DNA of 64,000 nucleotides from Perkinsus olseni (Eukaryota): NCBI GenBank assembly GCA_013115125.1, contig JABANN010000006.1, positions 62,001 to 126,000 of the forward strand, read 5' to 3'. Shown piece by piece: positions 61,417 to 64,000 of this stretch (position 1 is its first letter; each line of letters starts with the position of its first letter). The notes under the pieces were generated by a model. It saw only the letters and a program-made list of their open reading frames with translations, ran no database searches and was not told where the DNA came from. The position numbers and the translations under genes were made by a program.

Positions 61417-63818
61417 CTAGTAAACTGGGCATAACATGAAGTCATCGATGAGAGGAAATGGCTCTAATCCGCTTCGCGTGAAAATCCTACCGCATGGGCG
61501 TGCAAATTTGCGCTCTCCATACCCCACGCAAGATCCGGCTCACCAACCTCACCACTTGTGGCGATGAACGCGCCGTGTGACCTTCTTGCGTGGTTCGCCA
61601 ACGACAGTCGCTGAGCATCTCGTTCGTCAGTTGATGGGGATAGACTGATGTCCCAGCGTACCTTCCACCATGGGCTGCGTGGGAGGGAGGGACCAGAAGG
61701 GCATGGAATGAGGATTCATCGGTTGGGTTTGTGGTAACGCATTCAGGGCTTCGCTGGATTCGCCACCTGCGATCAGCATCCTCTGCTTTTTCACCCCAGG
61801 ATACTCAGACGGGCTCGTCGGAGGCGGTGGAGTGCTCGAGATTGATGCGTCTTCGAAGTTCATCCCCCGCGAATTCCCGGCCAGAATATTGTCTTGAATA
61901 TTGACCAACTGCCCCATATCCTGCGTGGCTTCGAGGGTCTCGTGCGAAGAAGGGGAAGCATCCTGTGGACACTCCACCGGTTGTGTAGCCACAATAGGTC
62001 GCCAGCGAGAGACCGGAGCCTCAGCCCCGCTGGACTTAGTCGTTGTTGCTCTCGCAGGAAGGTGTGAGCTTAAATGCTGAGAGGGCTCCGCTATATCGTA
62101 ATACACCTCAGTGTTTATCTTGGACTCGCCCTGCGGCCTCTTTCCAGCCCAGTCCGTCAAGATTTCACTCATCGGCTGGGTGGGGGGCACTGTTTCCGAG
62201 AACGATTCTGGTTTTGCAGTACTTCGGATGCTGTGTCTTGACGGGTGGTGCGGCCTCGCCACGCTGGTAGCCTCGGCTGTTGTCCTCTGAGGTGTCGGTT
62301 GCTTCCGCAGTGTCGACACTCGTACTCGACCGCAGAGATCCATAACTGGAACGGCTCCAACTAGCGTTCGCCCAGCATCCTTGAGGACTTGGTCGGTCAT
62401 CTCCCGGCCGAGGACGCTCTGAGCACAGGGACTGCCCTGTGTCCGTGACTGTTGGTTCCTCTTTAACGGCGGGTCGATGAGTTTCAGTGTCATGGGATAG
62501 TCCCTTTCAGCTCCTCCTCTGCCATCGGTGACGCTTCCGGCGCTTGGTAAGTTCGTGCCGTACGGCTCGCATTTTTCCAAAGAAGCTCCTCCAGTCTTCG
62601 AATGGACCTTCCCAAGCAGCGAGCAGTCTCCTTGCAATTTCACGAACATATCACAGTCGGTAGTATTCGAGGGCTCTGCTGTCCGCCATTTCTCCGTACG
62701 CGATGCCCTGGGAGTAGGTAAAGGGGCTACTCCCATACCGGTGTCTCGAACATGTCCATCCTTATAACGGGTTCCATAAGCCTCAGCCGAGAGTAGGTGC
62801 TCATCCGCGGCCAACAGAGCGTCAATATCCTCAATTGCGAGGTCCTCAAACGGATCATTGGTCTGATCTTCTTTTCCCCGACCTAGCGACCCTCCTTCGC
62901 TTACACATGAACAATCATCTGAAGAACGAGAATCTGACTCTGACGTGTGCCGCCCCCTGGTGGAGGTGCAACATGGGCTAACCTCACGTTCATCATCTGC
63001 AACGTCGTAGACACCTGGGTCCTGCTTGTTAACGTCTATGAAACGAGAATCTTCGAAAAGCTCGGAACCAACATGGGCATCATAAAAGCTGTCGATATCT
63101 GTCAAAGCCAAGTCCCATGGGAGAATCTCTACAGCTCGAGAGCGTCGAACTCAGCCCAGCATCATTAAAAAGCGCAAAAGGAAGAATGCCCTCCAGGGCG
63201 GCCTGTTGGTGGTTGTCGGGTTCCAACGAAGTCTCGAACGAGCCTTCTGGAAGGTCTTCCGGCAGGCGTCCGTCCCCAGAAAAAGACAGCTCAGATGCAA
63301 GATCACTCGGAGCTTCGTCTAGGGTAGTCCATTCGGACGAGTCGTCCTCGGCATCACCGCTTCCTGCCCTGTATATGCCATGTGCGGAGCCACCTGGACA
63401 CTCGACTCCAGACAAGATGTTCGCCCAGAGCCCGGGATTCGCCTCAGCCGACGGCGTGCTCATCCTGCAAGCTTCGCGCCTCGCTTTACGGTTTGCACTG
63501 GAGTTGTTATGTGCTCCCCATGAACTGGAGCACCCCTTCAGACGGCCTCTATTCATCCTACTTGTGGTCCCTGTCAAGGCATCCGAAAGATTCCCGCCGC
63601 TAGAGGGACGTCGTAGATTCTCAGGGCCAGTCTTCCCGAGGGGGAACAGAGGTGTCACCCTCAACACTGACTCAGTTGTCGAGGACACAATCAGCTCGGA
63701 CGGTCCCCTGACGACCCTCTCTGGGAAGGCCTTTTCAGCGAAAATATCTGGTGATCCGTCGGCGGCGCCCGTCTTGGAAGCTATAGCATCGAGGCACTCC
63801 TTTATTGAGTTGGACCTG
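61417..63818 (-). CDS. large disordered protein with a TQ-motif cluster; 5' end lies further upstream, possibly outside the window
   Basis: ORFs 63080..63688 and 61627..63111 join in frame via a 61-nt GC-AG intron (63189-63129). Two further GT-AG introns give a tail ATVVGEPRKKVTRRVHRHKW|IFTRSGLEPFPLIDDFMLCPVY*. Confidence 0.6.
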
Positions 63819-64000
63819 CGTATTGAGTGACATCATTACAGGCCAGGAGGCTACCTCCGAGATCCAACAGTGAGATGAGGCATCGACATTTGATACTATA
63901 GAATCGATCAACTACCAGGTTGAAAGTGGCTGAACCACACACGACCGACCATTTAATTAACGGAATCTCGACAAGTGCGTGACTTGCGATGAAGTGAACT

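Overview
Compact, intron-rich eukaryotic DNA with many ~50-65 nt introns and very short intergenic gaps. Gene style and gene families suggest the alveolate parasite Perkinsus; this is an inference, not a database result. The left ~42 kb holds NOP14, RLP24, a RAD6/UBC2-type E2, a WCPPC nucleoredoxin/tryparedoxin-like protein and a tandem pair of CLC transporters. It also holds four apparent pseudo-enzymes: a Zn-ribbon + NADAR-like protein, a shrunken kinesin-like head on a very long coiled coil, and two phosphagen-kinase homologues lacking the NEEDH glutamates. A protein with four copies of an unrecognised ~60-aa repeat and a candidate structured ncRNA beside a tRNA-like B-box (13.5-13.9 kb) also lie here. 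The right part (37-61 kb) is an accessory region with six intronless secreted proteins sharing an invariant 14-cysteine scaffold. Two of them sit in a ~5-6 kb segmental duplication with a decaying polycystin/PKD2-like channel gene (IQ motif in one copy), next to a ~575-bp foldback element. Exon structures were read by eye, so the boundaries of the long multi-exon genes are approximate.
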